Assembly (NCBI RefSeq): GCF_001194135.2
Contig: NC_068986.1
Coordinates: 56,332,254-56,396,253 of the forward strand
Origin: Octopus bimaculoides
Lineage: Eukaryota
Length of the DNA: 64,000 bases
Reading direction: 5' to 3'
In this document: positions 62,786 to 64,000 of the stretch, in pieces
How positions within the stretch are numbered: position 1 is the first letter of the stretch
How the letters are laid out: the number at the start of each line of letters is the position of its first letter
Made by a program: the position numbers and the translations under genes
The notes under the pieces: generated by a model
Seen by the model: the letters and a program-made list of their open reading frames with translations, nothing else
What the model was told of the DNA's origin: nothing
Database searches by the model: none

Positions 62786-63472
62786 TAGATAGATACACAC
62801 ACATATTTTAACAAATTATACACAATATATATGTATATATATATACATGCATATGTACATACATACGCACACATGTATATGTACAAATATATATCTTTAT
62901 CTATCTATCTATCTATCTGGCGAATGCGCGTGAGTGTGTGTATGTCTACGTTTACTAAAGAGAGAGAGGGCGAGAGGTATTTAGATACAGAGGTAGATGG
63001 AGCGGTTTAGAATATACGCCAACCCCAACTAGAAAGCGTAAAGTTATTCGATTAGCTTCAGTTTAGCCAGAATACTCGGATTCCTGTAACAGGCGATAGC
63101 ATCAAATAAATAAAAGACATTTCCAGTTAGTGATTCAATATATTTTCATTCAGGGTAAACAACGAAAAGTTTAAACCTTCTTTATATAGCTCCAAACAAA
63201 CACCAGACTTATATAATATTTATTCAGTTGTGTACAAAATCTAATACCTAGAAGATCATTCAGCCAAGAAACGCGCGCACACGCACACACACGTCCGCGC
63301 GCGCGCATACGCATACACCTAGTTACGTATGTGAATATATATACGCACACATACACTAGGTGCCCACACACAAAAAACAACGTGGAAATAACATATGTTA
63401 TATAACTATTAAATCAATATATACATTTATATATGTGTGTATATAATGTATGTGTATACATACATACATTAA

Positions 63473-63503
<31 letters not shown>

Positions 63504-64000
63504 CATTTAAACACACACATTTATTCAAAAGAAATATACACATATGTATGCCATTTCCATGTCGTTTGTATGTGCACATGTATATACATATACACGCATA
63601 TGCAAATAAATGTGTTACATGAGTATTTTACGTATATATGTGAATATAGGTGTGTATCTATCTATCTCTATATATATATACACACACACATACTCCCTCT
63701 CTCTCTCTCTCACACACACACACATATGTATGTATATATATATATATACACCCGTACGACGACGACATGCATTTCTGTGTGGGAACGATTACGTATTTTG
63801 TGTATGTGTCATTATACTCTTATGTGTGTGAGGATGCATGTATGTTGTTAGATGAACAAATAACTACATTAGGTGTTATATACCGTCTATTGTATAAAAT
63901 ATATTTACAAAATATATTTGGAGTTACATTTGTAACTACTTAGGAAAATATATGCCAAATTATTTATTTATCTAATTAACTATCTCTTCGATCTTTCCCT

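Noticed and set aside
62401-62846. Duplicated 100-bp block on both sides of a gap
   Set aside because: Same overlap artefact around the gap 62499-62742 in TA microsatellite.

Overview
AT-rich, microsatellite- and retroelement-dense animal genomic DNA from a gapped short-read scaffold. The repeat families look like those of Octopus (inference from recalled repeat sequences, not checked). The window holds the 3' part of one + strand gene, a MELK orthologue (AMPK-related kinase). Eight coding exons can be read between 928 and the stop at 45563, covering the kinase C-lobe end, UBA, TP-rich linker and KA1 domain. Splice phases are compatible wherever both junctions are visible; one exon starts inside an N gap. 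The rest is intron or intergenic DNA filled with RTE-clade LINE fragments, tRNA-derived SINEs, a decayed 2.9-kb hAT (Buster/Charlie-like) element with an 8-bp TSD, deleted mariner and Tc1-like elements, a pogo/Tigger HTH remnant and MITEs. The most unusual signal is a well-formed type I hammerhead ribozyme fold (about 5974-6054, sense to MELK, intronic). It lies inside a 345-nt-period direct repeat, the architecture of a retrozyme or a Penelope-like pLTR. Other leads are a perfect splice donor directly after the MELK stop codon, a pseudoknot-like RNA at 7439-7508, fold-back and inverted-repeat dsRNA candidates, and a rise in CpG content after about 60.7 kb. Repeat boundaries are approximate unless TSDs are cited. 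Nothing was checked against databases.
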